In this document: positions 32,259-42,242 of the stretch, piece after piece
How positions within the stretch are numbered: position 1 is the stretch's first letter
How the letters are laid out: every line of letters begins with the position of its first letter
NCBI GenBank assembly: GCA_965223335.1
Contig: OZ244991.1
Location: 160,001 to 224,000 of the forward strand
Reading direction: 5' to 3'
Origin: Thermodesulfobacteriota bacterium
Lineage (GTDB): Bacteria > Desulfobacterota_D > UBA1144 > Nemesobacterales > UBA2774
DNA length: 64,000 bases
Made by a program: the position numbers and the translations under genes
The notes under the pieces: model-generated
Told to the model about the DNA's origin: nothing
Database searches by the model: none
What the model saw: only the letters and a program-made list of their open reading frames with translations

Positions 32259-32951
32259 TTACTCTGTCCTCACCGAGGGACATATAGAGCCCAGCCCGCA
32301 CGACTCACAAAGCGGTCTGCGCGCCTTACATACCACTCGTCCGTGATCCCCAAGAGCGTTTGAAAAAAATGTTCTCATCCCCTCGGGAACGATTTCCATC
32401 AAGTCATACTCTATCTTCGTAGGATCACTAAAACTGCTAAGCCCCAACCTGTTCGATAGCCTTTTGATATGAGTGTCTACAATGATAGCGGGCTTCTTGT
32501 AGTAGTTCCCACGCACGACATTTGCCGTTTTCCTGCCCACACCTCTGAGTTCCGTCAGCTGCTCCATAGACTCGGGGACTTCCCCTTTGTAGTTATCGAC
32601 AAGTGCGCGAGTGCACTCGACAATGGACGTAGCCTTGTTCTTATAGAACCCGGTCGATCTTATATCCTGCTCAAGCTCGTCTCTATTGGCCGAGGCGAAC
32701 GCTTTTGCGTTGCTGTATTTCTTGAATAAAGATGGTGTAACCTGGTTTACACGCTTATCAGTGCACTGGGCCGAGAGAATAGAGCCCACTAAGAGCTCAA
32801 GGGCCGAGTTATAGTTCAAATGGCACTTGGCATCGGGGTACGCTTTTTTTAGAAATGAAATTATTTTTGTGTATCGAAGCTCCAACTGGTCTTTGGAATC
32901 AGCACGCCGCTTCTTTGAAATGCTTTTAGAATCAGCACTTTTAATTGCCAT
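32259..32951 (-). CDS. nth: Endonuclease III
   Basis: LSAQCTD, HhH LRGVGRKTANV, VDTH, Fe-S motif CKARRPLCESC..C. Confidence 0.96.
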   Translation of the reverse strand: MAIKSADSKSISKKRRADSKDQLELRYTKIISFLKKAYPDAKCHLNYNSALELLVGSILSAQCTDKRVNQVTPSLFKKYSNAKAFASANRDELEQDIRSTGFYKNKATSIVECTRALVDNYKGEVPESMEQLTELRGVGRKTANVVRGNYYKKPAIIVDTHIKRLSNRLGLSSFSDPTKIEYDLMEIVPEGMRTFFSNALGDHGRVVCKARRPLCESCGLGSICPSVRTE

Positions 32952-32969
32952 TGAGTAATATCAATAGAT

Positions 32970-33002
32970 AAAAAAAAGGGATATGTCAAAGCATATCCCT
33001 TT
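32970..33002 (-). terminator. Rho-independent terminator after the ferredoxin gene
   Basis: Stem AAAGGGATATG / CATATCCCTTT with a 6-nt loop, followed by a T-run on the minus strand. Confidence 0.75.
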
Positions 33003-33033
33003 AGAATCTTAACACCTACGTTACTCAAACGTA

Positions 33034-33300
33034 TTAATCTTTTCTTGCTGGTTCAAGTCCTATTTTGCCCTCAAAAAAATCAGCGTTCTTCTGAGTATAT
33101 TCGTTCCATTTTTCCGGAAGCTCATCTTCATGATAGATAGCATCTACAGGGCAGGGATCAACACAGGCCCCGCAATCGATACATTCTTCGGGATGTATGT
33201 AGAGTTGGGTGTCTCCTTCATAAATGCAGTCCACAGGGCACGCTTCTACACACGCTTTGTCTTTAACATCTATGCAAGGCTCTGCAATAATATAAGCCAT
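33034..33300 (-). CDS. fdxA: 7Fe-type ferredoxin ([3Fe-4S]+[4Fe-4S], FdxA-like)
   Basis: [17 protein letters not shown] and [12 protein letters not shown] motifs. Confidence 0.9.
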   Translation of the reverse strand: MAYIIAEPCIDVKDKACVEACPVDCIYEGDTQLYIHPEECIDCGACVDPCPVDAIYHEDELPEKWNEYTQKNADFFEGKIGLEPARKD

Positions 33301-33428
33301 TCTAACTAACCTCCAAGTCGTGTATTCTATTTAATATACTCAAAAATTTATGGCTCGCAACCAATACAGATATATATATTTTTATATAGGATTAAGGCAA
33401 TGCAAAAAACATAAGGGCTTTTACACAA

Positions 33429-33878
33429 CTATTCCGCTGGAGCTTGCTTTTCCGTACCCTCGCCCTCATTTTTAGTAGCTTCACCCTGGCTATCCTTTTC
33501 AGCACTCTCAGGTGCTGAGGCACCATTAGTCTCGGTATCCGGCAGCCCTAAATCCAGCTCATTCCCTGTAGTTGCTGAGTCCTCGGGTACAGGCTCTACA
33601 GCGCTTGGCACGGTGTCTGTTATAACTGACGAGCTTAGATCCTGAGTAGCAAAGTATCCAAGCGCAAGCGAGCTTAGCAAAAACAGTATGGCTAGAACCC
33701 TAGTCACCTTGCCAAGAAACGGTACTGCACCGCTTGCCCCAAACACAGACTCCGTGGTGCCGCCTCCAAAGATAGAACCCAGGTCTCCTCCCTTCCCGGG
33801 CTGAAGCAGCACAACTATCACTAGTAATACACTAACAATAATATGAATAAATTTCACAGAATAAATTAATATTTCCAC
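33429..33878 (-). CDS. secG: Preprotein translocase subunit SecG
   Basis: VLLQPGKGGDLGSIFGGG, two TM helices, acidic tail; follows tpiA. Confidence 0.93.
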   Translation of the reverse strand: MEILIYSVKFIHIIVSVLLVIVVLLQPGKGGDLGSIFGGGTTESVFGASGAVPFLGKVTRVLAILFLLSSLALGYFATQDLSSSVITDTVPSAVEPVPEDSATTGNELDLGLPDTETNGASAPESAEKDSQGEATKNEGEGTEKQAPAE

Positions 33879-33884
33879 GGCTCT

Positions 33885-34640
33885 TCATTCTCCTGCATGC
33901 TCAACTATTTTCATAAACGAAATGGGGTCCAAGCTTGCCCCACCCACAAGCGCACCATCAACCCCGGGGGTGACTAATATCTCGTACGCACTCTCCTCAT
34001 TCACGCTTCCACCGTATAGGATTCTTATCTCGGATCCTAATTCCCCGTATATACTACCTGTAATTTCTCGAATATTCTTGTGCACATACTCAACTTCATC
34101 AGGGGTAGCATGCTTACCGGTTCCGATTGCCCACACAGGCTCGTAAGCTATCACGACATCCGAGGCCTCGGTCAATTCTAGATCCTGCAAAGCACCCTCT
34201 ACCTGCCCTGCCACAAATTTTATTGTCTTGCCCATCTCCCGTTCCTCTAGTGTTTCCCCCACACAGAGTATTACTTTGAGACCCGCATCCAAAGCAGCAC
34301 TCAATTTCTGCCTAACCATATAATCGGTCTCTCCCAATATCAATCGCCTCTCCGAATGCCCTATAATCACCCATTTACAACCTGCATCTAGAAGCATACC
34401 GGGAGATATCTCACCGGTGTAGGCACCCTCGTTTTCCCAAAACACATTTTGAGCACCTAACTCAACCCCGCTCCCACTAATCGCACTCCGAACCGTGTGC
34501 AGTGTCGTATAGGGGGGGATAAGAACAATCTCTAAACCCTCGGGTATATCACCCAACGACTCGGTCAATTGAGTGGCAAGCCCCTTTGCCTCACTCCGAA
34601 GCAGATTCATCTTCCAGTTAGCAGCTATAAGTTTTTGCAT
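33885..34640 (-). CDS. tpiA: Triosephosphate isomerase
   Basis: ANWKMN, GHSERR, AYEPVWAIGTG, YGGSV, LVGGASL. Confidence 0.98.
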   Translation of the reverse strand: MQKLIAANWKMNLLRSEAKGLATQLTESLGDIPEGLEIVLIPPYTTLHTVRSAISGSGVELGAQNVFWENEGAYTGEISPGMLLDAGCKWVIIGHSERRLILGETDYMVRQKLSAALDAGLKVILCVGETLEEREMGKTIKFVAGQVEGALQDLELTEASDVVIAYEPVWAIGTGKHATPDEVEYVHKNIREITGSIYGELGSEIRILYGGSVNEESAYEILVTPGVDGALVGGASLDPISFMKIVEHAGE

Positions 34641-34830
34641 AACACTAGTACCGCAGATAAATTATCTTCTATACTCTACCGGATGAAAAACAACAGAGTG
34701 TAGATTCGTTTTTCATACAGTATCCACCTCAAGCATTATTTCACTACACAGTAGCCACTCATATTTTATCTCGATGAATATGCGGTGTTTTCCAACTGTT
34801 AAAGTACGTATTGAGCTATCGGTCCAAGGA

Positions 34831-34859
34831 ATTATATAGCATGGATGCTCACAGTTCAA
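34831..34859 (-). promoter_or_regulatory. sigma70 promoter for tpiA-secG
   Basis: TTGAAC-N17-TATAAT. Confidence 0.6.
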
Positions 34860-34884
34860 ATTAATATATAGTTATCTAAATACA

Positions 34885-36036
34885 CTACGTGGCCGATTGT
34901 TGAATATACCGACCCAGCCTCTGAAGCCCCTCGTCTATAGTCTCAAGGCCTACAGCGTATGAAAACCTTAGATAACCCTCTCCGTTCTCTCCGAAATCAA
35001 TACCCGGCGTGACTGCAACGTGTGCCTTATCCAGTATATCAAATGCCAAGTCGTATGAATTATTGGAGAGTTTACAAGCATTTACAAATACATAGAACGC
35101 CCCCTTAGGTTCATGGGTGATCTCGAATCCTAAGCCCCTTAATCCCTCTATCATCCTTTTTCGCCTGGCATCAAAACTCTTAATCATCTCTAGCGCTTCG
35201 TTTTTTGCCTCTTTTAGTGCTGTGATGCCCGCCATCTGTACAAATGAGTTTGGGGAGATAAAAAGGTTCTGCTGCAGTTTCTGAATAGGTCTTATAAGCT
35301 CGGGTGGTGCCACCACATAGCCCAACCGCCAGCCGGTCATCGAATAAAATTTAGAGAAACCGTTTACGCTTATCGCATCCGGGGAGTATTCCAATATAGT
35401 ATGCGCCCTGCCCTCGTACACAAGACCATGATATATCTCGTCGGAAATCACAACCGGCCCAAGCCCTGAGATCTCGTCCATTAACTCCCCTGCCAGTACA
35501 ACCCCGGTGGGATTAGAGGGGGAATTGATAATAATTGCCTTTGTCTTTTTTGTTATGCTTTTTTTTAATCTCGAAACATCGATTTGGAACCCCTCGCTCT
35601 CATAGATCTTAAACATTTTAGGCACCCCGCCAGCGATCTGAATGATCTTGGGATAACATGCGTAGTGGGGGTCTGTGATAATGACCTCGTCACCCGGGTC
35701 AATCAATGATAGTATCGAGAGGAATAGAGCGGGGGAACTCCCCATGGTAACAATCACCCTCTCGGGAGAAACACCCACCCCATAGCTCTTGTGGTACTCC
35801 TCGGAAATTGCACTTCGGAGTTCCGATTTGCCTAGGCTGTGCGTGTATTTAGTATCGCCCGACTTTAGTGACTCGATTGCTGCATCCGAGATGACCGACG
35901 CAGTATCAAAATCCGGTTCACCGACCTCAAAATGTATAACGCTTTGGCCGCTACGCTCGATCTCTTTTGCTTTTTCCAGTACATCCATCACATAGAAAGG
36001 AGCAATATTTTCGGAAAGTTTGGAGGGCATCGCCAT
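34885..36036 (-). CDS. Class I/II PLP-dependent aminotransferase (aspartate aminotransferase-like)
   Basis: GEPDF, NSPSNPTG, SDEIY, GFSKFYSMTGWRLG. True start may be the second ATG at 36030. Confidence 0.92.
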   Translation of the reverse strand: MAMPSKLSENIAPFYVMDVLEKAKEIERSGQSVIHFEVGEPDFDTASVISDAAIESLKSGDTKYTHSLGKSELRSAISEEYHKSYGVGVSPERVIVTMGSSPALFLSILSLIDPGDEVIITDPHYACYPKIIQIAGGVPKMFKIYESEGFQIDVSRLKKSITKKTKAIIINSPSNPTGVVLAGELMDEISGLGPVVISDEIYHGLVYEGRAHTILEYSPDAISVNGFSKFYSMTGWRLGYVVAPPELIRPIQKLQQNLFISPNSFVQMAGITALKEAKNEALEMIKSFDARRKRMIEGLRGLGFEITHEPKGAFYVFVNACKLSNNSYDLAFDILDKAHVAVTPGIDFGENGEGYLRFSYAVGLETIDEGLQRLGRYIQQSAT

Positions 36037-36038
36037 TT

Positions 36039-36067
36039 ATTCTAAGGAATAAGAATTGGGTTGTCTA
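36039..36067 (-). promoter_or_regulatory. sigma70 promoter directly abutting the aminotransferase start
   Basis: TAGACA-N17-TAGAAT, ending 8 nt before ATG 36030. Confidence 0.55.
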
Positions 36068-36094
36068 GGAACTCTGAAGTGGTTTAAAACAGAG

Positions 36095-36643
36095 CTACAT
36101 CACTGCGTACTTAACCTCTTTACCCAGGACCTTCTCTATCTTACGTTTGAGAAGCTCACGTTTAAGTCTGCTAAGTCTGTCTATGAATAGAACGCCATCA
36201 AGGTGGTCGATCTCGTGCTGTATAACACGCGCCAACAATCCTTCCGCTTCGAGCTCGGTTTTATCCCCTTGGTCATTAAGAGCACTGACCCCTACAACTG
36301 CGCTCCTGCGGACATCGCTTGTGAAACCCGGGATACTCAGACACCCCTCTTCCCCGAGCTCTTCCCCCTCGCTATAAATAATCTCGGGGTTAACGAGTTT
36401 AATAAGATGCGACCTATCCTCTAAGAGCTCATCCTCATCCTCACTCTTTAGAGAAACATCAACGACTATCACCCTTTTTGTAATCCCTACCTGGGGGGCT
36501 GCAAGCCCTACACCCGGGGCATCGTACATGGTATCAGCCATATCATCCAAGAGTTTTTGGATTTGGGCATCAACCCTTTTTACTTCTTCACATTTTTTTC
36601 TGAGTACTGGGTCTGGAAATTTAAGAATATCTAAAATCGGCAT
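36095..36643 (-). CDS. def: Peptide deformylase
   Basis: GVGLAAPQ, EGCLS, QHEIDHLDG. Confidence 0.97.
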   Translation of the reverse strand: MPILDILKFPDPVLRKKCEEVKRVDAQIQKLLDDMADTMYDAPGVGLAAPQVGITKRVIVVDVSLKSEDEDELLEDRSHLIKLVNPEIIYSEGEELGEEGCLSIPGFTSDVRRSAVVGVSALNDQGDKTELEAEGLLARVIQHEIDHLDGVLFIDRLSRLKRELLKRKIEKVLGKEVKYAVM

Positions 36644-36756
36644 ATTACTAAAAGGCTATATTAACACTTACCATTGTCAATAAATGCACATAGATCTTAA
36701 TTGTGCACTAAAACTATAGTAGCGAATAACACTAATAAGTGAACATTAGACACTGA

Positions 36757-37035
36757 TTAACCATTATTTAGTTTTGTAATCAGCTCTTTACTGGGTCTGA
36801 AATGAGGCAGTTTTTTATCAGGAACAGACACTTTCTCGCCAGTGCGCGGATTTCTTCCCTCGTATGAATTGTAGCTTTTGGTAAAAAAGCTGCCGAACCC
36901 TCTTATCTCTATACGCCCGTCGTTTTGCAACACATCGGTCATGTGTTCTATGATAGTGTCTAGTATTTGCTCTGACTGCATAGGCTGTAGCTTAAACCTC
37001 TCAGCCAACTCCCTTTCGATATCAGATCGCTTCAT
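36757..37035 (-). CDS. HU/IHF family DNA-binding protein (IHF-beta-like)
   Basis: IEIRGFGSF, GRNPRTGE, PHFRPSKEL; start likely ATG 37035. Confidence 0.9.
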   Translation of the reverse strand: MKRSDIERELAERFKLQPMQSEQILDTIIEHMTDVLQNDGRIEIRGFGSFFTKSYNSYEGRNPRTGEKVSVPDKKLPHFRPSKELITKLNNG

Positions 37036-37187
37036 AGTAACCCCCCATCCAATTTGAATGCTCTTATACCTAACTCTCAAATTTAGTTAATTTTCTAGTA
37101 TTTGTCAAGTGTTACAGTGAACGACCTCTCCATTACGTTAGCACTTGGTCCAAGAAAATTAGCGGCTTTGTCGTGCAAACTGCACAA

Positions 37188-38600
37188 CTAGGCCTTAGCC
37201 CTTTTCGATCCTTTGGCAACCACCCTCTTTTCATTGACCTTAGAACCAACCTTACCCGCAGCCTCTGGGTGGTTATCTAAAAACACTTTCAAGTGCATAT
37301 CCGAGTAAGAGCCCGGCGGGTAGTGTTTCTCATAAAACTCAAGATCAATATGCATGGCTTGAAACACTAGTCTCATGTACATAGGATCTACAAAAGCCGG
37401 GAACCTTCCATACGTATCGTATATATAGTTAGCAACATCCTTAACGATCTGGATCGTGGTCTCCGTTGGTTTGGGTGCTCTCATAAGCAATTTATCGGGT
37501 TCGTTGTAGGGAAACGGCTTGTCCGAGGTCCAGGCTGAGTTCTTATGCTCGTGGAAAGCGTCTATAGCCTCATTCATATCTTTGTAGTAAGGGGGGCAGT
37601 AGCCCTCGAATATCCCGTCGCGGCCCACAGGAATCGTAGCCGGGGGATCGATTGCACCTTTTTTGGGCTGAACAAACCTAAACCCAAGTCCGCGGAATAG
37701 ATCGGGGGCGGCACCCAGAGCAAACCTGGGTATAAATCCGCTGAACGTCCAGCCTGCAAGCCCAAGAGCCTGGAGTGCGAGGCTCATGTTCTGGCACATA
37801 AATGCCTGTTCTACATTAAGACCCGTTAGAATCCTTACCTCAAGATCAAATAACGACATCTTTACACTGTCCTTTAACCTTCCCTTCTTGATCCATTTAT
37901 CGATTCCAGCGGGCTTTCCCGTCAGGTCATCAATGATTGTAAAACCGTAAGTGTGGCTACAGTAAAGGTGGAGGAGGTTTAAATACTCCTCTGTAATATC
38001 AGTTACCGGTATGAACACGGATGTCCCCGGTTTGTTAGTATTCCACTGGTTAAAATCAAAGAGGCCCGGCATACGGTCGGGGAGATCCGCCCTGCCGTCT
38101 TCGAGCTTTACCAAACTCTCACGGTATAGCTCCAGTACCCGGTTCATCCTCTCTTGACGATCCATCCTAAAGAACATGTCGAGCTCTTTATCCTTGGGCA
38201 GCATATGCTTTACATCAACGTAATATAATCCACTATCGTTGGTGAAAAAGAGCTCTGTTCCATGGTTGTTGCATGCAGACGGCCAGGTGCGCCCCGTCCA
38301 CTGACAAAGCAGGTCGATACCGGTCTCGGGCGGCAAATCAGCCAGGCAAAGTCCCGTCAGCCCCGTGCCCGACCATACGAGTAACGCCTCTTCCATCTCC
38401 TCAAGTGGTATGGGGTCATACTCCGATTTAAAACCCAGAGACTCGTCCTCAAGCTCCATACCAAGACCAAAACGTCTCGATCTACGATTGAATATAGAGT
38501 CGAAAAGCGGGTAGTTAAGCGCCTCTTCGTATCTTTGATTTAAAGTAAATTTTCTGTTGGTTTTTGCTTTAGCTGCTTTTCCGTTTACCTTCTTTGACAT
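37188..38600 (-). CDS. Uncharacterised protein with nitroreductase/SagB-like FMN-binding motifs
   Basis: NRRSRRF, EALLVWSGTG, RTWPSA, EQAFMCQNMSLALQALGL..FSGF; GGAGG SD. Confidence 0.6.
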   Translation of the reverse strand: MSKKVNGKAAKAKTNRKFTLNQRYEEALNYPLFDSIFNRRSRRFGLGMELEDESLGFKSEYDPIPLEEMEEALLVWSGTGLTGLCLADLPPETGIDLLCQWTGRTWPSACNNHGTELFFTNDSGLYYVDVKHMLPKDKELDMFFRMDRQERMNRVLELYRESLVKLEDGRADLPDRMPGLFDFNQWNTNKPGTSVFIPVTDITEEYLNLLHLYCSHTYGFTIIDDLTGKPAGIDKWIKKGRLKDSVKMSLFDLEVRILTGLNVEQAFMCQNMSLALQALGLAGWTFSGFIPRFALGAAPDLFRGLGFRFVQPKKGAIDPPATIPVGRDGIFEGYCPPYYKDMNEAIDAFHEHKNSAWTSDKPFPYNEPDKLLMRAPKPTETTIQIVKDVANYIYDTYGRFPAFVDPMYMRLVFQAMHIDLEFYEKHYPPGSYSDMHLKVFLDNHPEAAGKVGSKVNEKRVVAKGSKRAKA

Positions 38601-38691
38601 ATTACTCCTCCAATAAATGCTGATTGTTAAAAGAAAATTTAAAATATCTTAGCAAAAATTTCAAGGATTTATAGCCTTAAGACACTAAACT

Positions 38692-39042
38692 CTACAAAGG
38701 TAGGCCGAGTTTTCTGCCAATTGATGCATATAATAAATAGATGATGATCATCACCGAGCAGGATATTACCATCGATAGCCAAAAATTAATTTCATGTCTG
38801 ATTAACATAGGCAAAATCAAAAAGAAACATAACGTAGGCAATACAAGCCAAAATATGCCCACTGATAAATCTGCGATTTTGGCACTGTCGCCGGTATCCA
38901 TATAGATCCAAATCATTGCCAATAGTGAAGTTAGCGGCAGGGCCGCTAACAATGCCGCTGCGGTTGTGTAGCGCTTAGCAACCTCGGATACAGCTACTAT
39001 TATCAAAGCGGTAAGCATAGTTTTAACTGCTATATAAATCAC
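38692..39042 (-). CDS. DUF3147-like small membrane protein
   Basis: VSEVAKR...LAALPLTSLLAMIWIY, four TM helices; GGAGG SD. Confidence 0.75.
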   Translation of the reverse strand: MIYIAVKTMLTALIIVAVSEVAKRYTTAAALLAALPLTSLLAMIWIYMDTGDSAKIADLSVGIFWLVLPTLCFFLILPMLIRHEINFWLSMVISCSVMIIIYLLYASIGRKLGLPL

Positions 39043-39148
39043 GATTAATTAGCCCTCCTATGTCCGATCACATCTAGATGATTAGAGAAAGTACAAAACA
39101 CTTTTATCTGAGTTATAATAACTCATAAAATCACTCGACAGCTCATCT

Positions 39149-39868
39149 ATGACAAAGAACAACCTGAAATCATTTCTAATACTTTCAGTCGCAATACACA
39201 TAATACTTCTCTCTGCACTTTTTATCTATTTCGTTTCCGACAATAGCAAACCCCTTTGGTCCCAACTCGGGAATAATGCTGCCCATAAGAATGCACAAAA
39301 TATTAATGTGTCTGTCCTAAATCAGAGCCCGATTAAAATTGAGACTAAACCAAACGCGATAGATAAACCACAAAAGACTAAAAAGAAAACGATCAAAACT
39401 ACACCCGAAGTGAGTACTAAAAAAACTGAGGTCGAAGCACCCAAGACCATAAACACTCACAAAGAGACAGAGAACTCCGCTAAAGCGCAAACAAATACTG
39501 TTAAACCTAAAGCCGCTTCACCCATTGCTAAGAGCACAGGCCCAAGCTCGTTTAAACACCCCATGACTGCGAGTAGTGAACAGAGCACTGAACTCGCTCA
39601 TCCCAATTACAGGAACAACCCCAAACCGCGTTATCCCACAATTGCCCGTAAAAGAGGTTTTGAGGGTAGAGTGTTGCTCAAGGTGTTTGTGCTCGAGAGC
39701 GGTAGAGTGGCAGATGTCCGAGTATTAAAATCCTCGGGCTATCAAGTTCTCGATGATTCCGCGAGCAGTGCTATTTTCGGGTGGGACTTTTACCCTGGGA
39801 AACATAACGGTAAAGCAGTATCGAGTTGGGTTACTGTCCCAATAGTCTATGAACTAAATAGCGGTTAA
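39149..39868 (+). CDS. tonB: TonB family energy transducer
   Basis: N-terminal TM with SxxxH, Lys/Pro/Thr-rich linker, C-terminal PRYP..ARKRG.EG.V..SSG..LD. Confidence 0.85.
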   Translation: MTKNNLKSFLILSVAIHIILLSALFIYFVSDNSKPLWSQLGNNAAHKNAQNINVSVLNQSPIKIETKPNAIDKPQKTKKKTIKTTPEVSTKKTEVEAPKTINTHKETENSAKAQTNTVKPKAASPIAKSTGPSSFKHPMTASSEQSTELAHPNYRNNPKPRYPTIARKRGFEGRVLLKVFVLESGRVADVRVLKSSGYQVLDDSASSAIFGWDFYPGKHNGKAVSSWVTVPIVYELNSG

Positions 39869-39973
39869 CATAAGGGGTTGGTCTAAGATTTTCTTCATAT
39901 CATTTACTCTCAACATATTTCGTAACTATAATATATTGGTAAATATCAATTGCAGTGTGTATAGGAATAGTTA

Positions 39974-42208
39974 ATGTCACTAAAGGATATGGTGCTGTCC
40001 GCAAGGTTTCTTATAAGCCTTGCAGTTCTCATAGTTATCTCGGTCCTGCTCACCTTCTTCCCGCTTATCGGCACTCTCGGGTTTGAGTACTCGACCTTCA
40101 TTGCATTTGTTGCCGCATTTGTCTCCATATTTGTATCGGCCGAGCTTGTAAACATCGACCTTAGTAAAGGCGGGCTACGCCGACTCTCTGATATTGTTTC
40201 CTCTGTGTTTATGGTCAATTTCATATTGGTCGCGGTACCGTTTGTTATCGGCTTGGTAAGTTCCGTGGTCAAAAAGGACTGCTACATATTAGAAGGCTCG
40301 ATATTCTACCTATTGATCCCCGTGGTAACCGTATATTTCTCAACATCGCTTGGTCTTCTCACTGGTTTTGTGTTCAAGAGGCGCGGGTTTTTTATAGGAG
40401 CACTAATACTGCTGGCTACAATATTTTACTCTCTTTACCGTATTTTTTACGACCCATCCCTCTTTGTTTATAACCCGGTCATAGGGTTTTTCCCGGGCCC
40501 TCTATACGACGAGGCCATACCGATCACCTTAACTCTTATCCTCTATAGGTTGATCGTTATTTTCTGGGGGATTTTGTTCTTAATTATATTGAATGCAGCA
40601 AACGGGGTTAAATATAAGAAAATAGGGTTTTGGGATTTTATCTCCCTTGCGCTTGTGATTTGCATACTGTTTATTGCTCATTCCAAAGAGCAGGAGATCG
40701 GGATCAGTTACTCAAGGGAGTATATAACTAGTGAGGTACTGCCGGGAAAATACGAGACCGACAACTTCATTATCTACTACGATCCCAGCACCCCCGAGGC
40801 TAAACAGATTGACCTTATCGCCGAGGACCACGAATGGCGCTATAAACAGCTTAAAGATTTTCTCCAGGTAGACTCCAACGAGAAAATACGCTCTTACATA
40901 TACCCCGACACTAAAACTCGCAAGAAGATCATAGGAGCCGGGGAAACCACAATTGCTAACCCCATACACAAAGAGATACACCTTATCTACAACTCTTTCC
41001 CCCACCCCATATTAAAGCATGAACTCACCCACGTGATGTCAGCAGACTTCGGAATGGACGTGTTTAAGGTAAGCCCCAAGATCGGTCTCCTTGAGGGCAT
41101 AGCCGTAGCAGCGGATTGGAGCGGGGACGGCTACACTAAACACCAGTGGGCTAAGACCATGATAGAAAAGGGAATGGCTCCACGGATCCAGGATATTATA
41201 GGGTTCGGTTTTTGGTACTCATCGGCACCTGTGAGCTACACACTTATGGGTTCATTCTCAAGATACCTCATTGATACATATGGGATAGATAAATATAAGA
41301 CCCTGTACAAAACCGGGAAATTCGATCAATACGGAAAAAGCATAGACGATCTTGTGGATGAGTGGACAAAATTTTTAAACACCGTCACGGTCCCTGAAGA
41401 AGCTCCAATTTTAGCCGAGTCAATTTTCGGAACACCGAGCATATTCGAGGCCCGTTGTCCAAGGCGCATCGCTGCGCTTAAGCAGAAGGGGTTCAATAAA
41501 TTCAAATCCGATGATTATTATAATGCGAGAGAACTGTTCATAAAAGCTCTCGGCTATAACCAAGCTGACCCAATCACAATAAACGGCCTTGCATACTCGT
41601 ACTATTTCGACGGTAAATACGATAAAGTAAATGACTTAATCAAGGACTCAAAATCAATCCCCAGCTTGGACCGAAACATACTAGCAAACCTAAGAGCCAA
41701 TTCACTGTGGCAGTCAGGTGATCGCGGGGAAGCACTCAGAATATTCAGTACGCTTAGATCAAAACCGCTGCCGGCAGATGTAAAACGAGAGATCGACATA
41801 AAGCTGTCAGCAATGGCAGAGGGTGGACCGTTAGAGGATAGCATCAAAATGTATTTCGGGACTCGCGATGAAGTAACCAGGGTAAACACTCTCCAAGAAA
41901 TCATACGAGAGTACCCCGAGTATGCCCCTGCGCACTATTTACTGGGGAGGCTGCTTTTCAACAAAAACGAGTACCAAAAAGCTCTGCCCTATCTACTGAG
42001 CGCAGAGGCTGCGTCTTTCCCGTCCCCAGATCTCGAAAAAGAGAATATGCGGATACTTGGGATCTCATTATTTGCTACTAAAAATCAGCCACAAGCAATC
42101 AAGCGGTTCCAGAAACTGCTCGATCTCAATAAGGACATGGTATCAAACGACTTTGCCACTGATTTCATAGAACGGTCGCAATGGTCTAGCGAGCGGAATT
42201 TGAAATAA
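39974..42208 (+). CDS. Multi-TM membrane protein with gluzincin-like (HELTH...EG) domain and C-terminal TPRs
   Basis: About 7 hydrophobic helices in the first ~240 aa; LKHELTHV then LLEGIAV; TPR-like APAHYLLGRLLF. Confidence 0.7.
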   Translation: MSLKDMVLSARFLISLAVLIVISVLLTFFPLIGTLGFEYSTFIAFVAAFVSIFVSAELVNIDLSKGGLRRLSDIVSSVFMVNFILVAVPFVIGLVSSVVKKDCYILEGSIFYLLIPVVTVYFSTSLGLLTGFVFKRRGFFIGALILLATIFYSLYRIFYDPSLFVYNPVIGFFPGPLYDEAIPITLTLILYRLIVIFWGILFLIILNAANGVKYKKIGFWDFISLALVICILFIAHSKEQEIGISYSREYITSEVLPGKYETDNFIIYYDPSTPEAKQIDLIAEDHEWRYKQLKDFLQVDSNEKIRSYIYPDTKTRKKIIGAGETTIANPIHKEIHLIYNSFPHPILKHELTHVMSADFGMDVFKVSPKIGLLEGIAVAADWSGDGYTKHQWAKTMIEKGMAPRIQDIIGFGFWYSSAPVSYTLMGSFSRYLIDTYGIDKYKTLYKTGKFDQYGKSIDDLVDEWTKFLNTVTVPEEAPILAESIFGTPSIFEARCPRRIAALKQKGFNKFKSDDYYNARELFIKALGYNQADPITINGLAYSYYFDGKYDKVNDLIKDSKSIPSLDRNILANLRANSLWQSGDRGEALRIFSTLRSKPLPADVKREIDIKLSAMAEGGPLEDSIKMYFGTRDEVTRVNTLQEIIREYPEYAPAHYLLGRLLFNKNEYQKALPYLLSAEAASFPSPDLEKENMRILGISLFATKNQPQAIKRFQKLLDLNKDMVSNDFATDFIERSQWSSERNLK

Positions 42209-42242
42209 GTCGTTTATTCTATATATTCATGCTCTACTTCTT

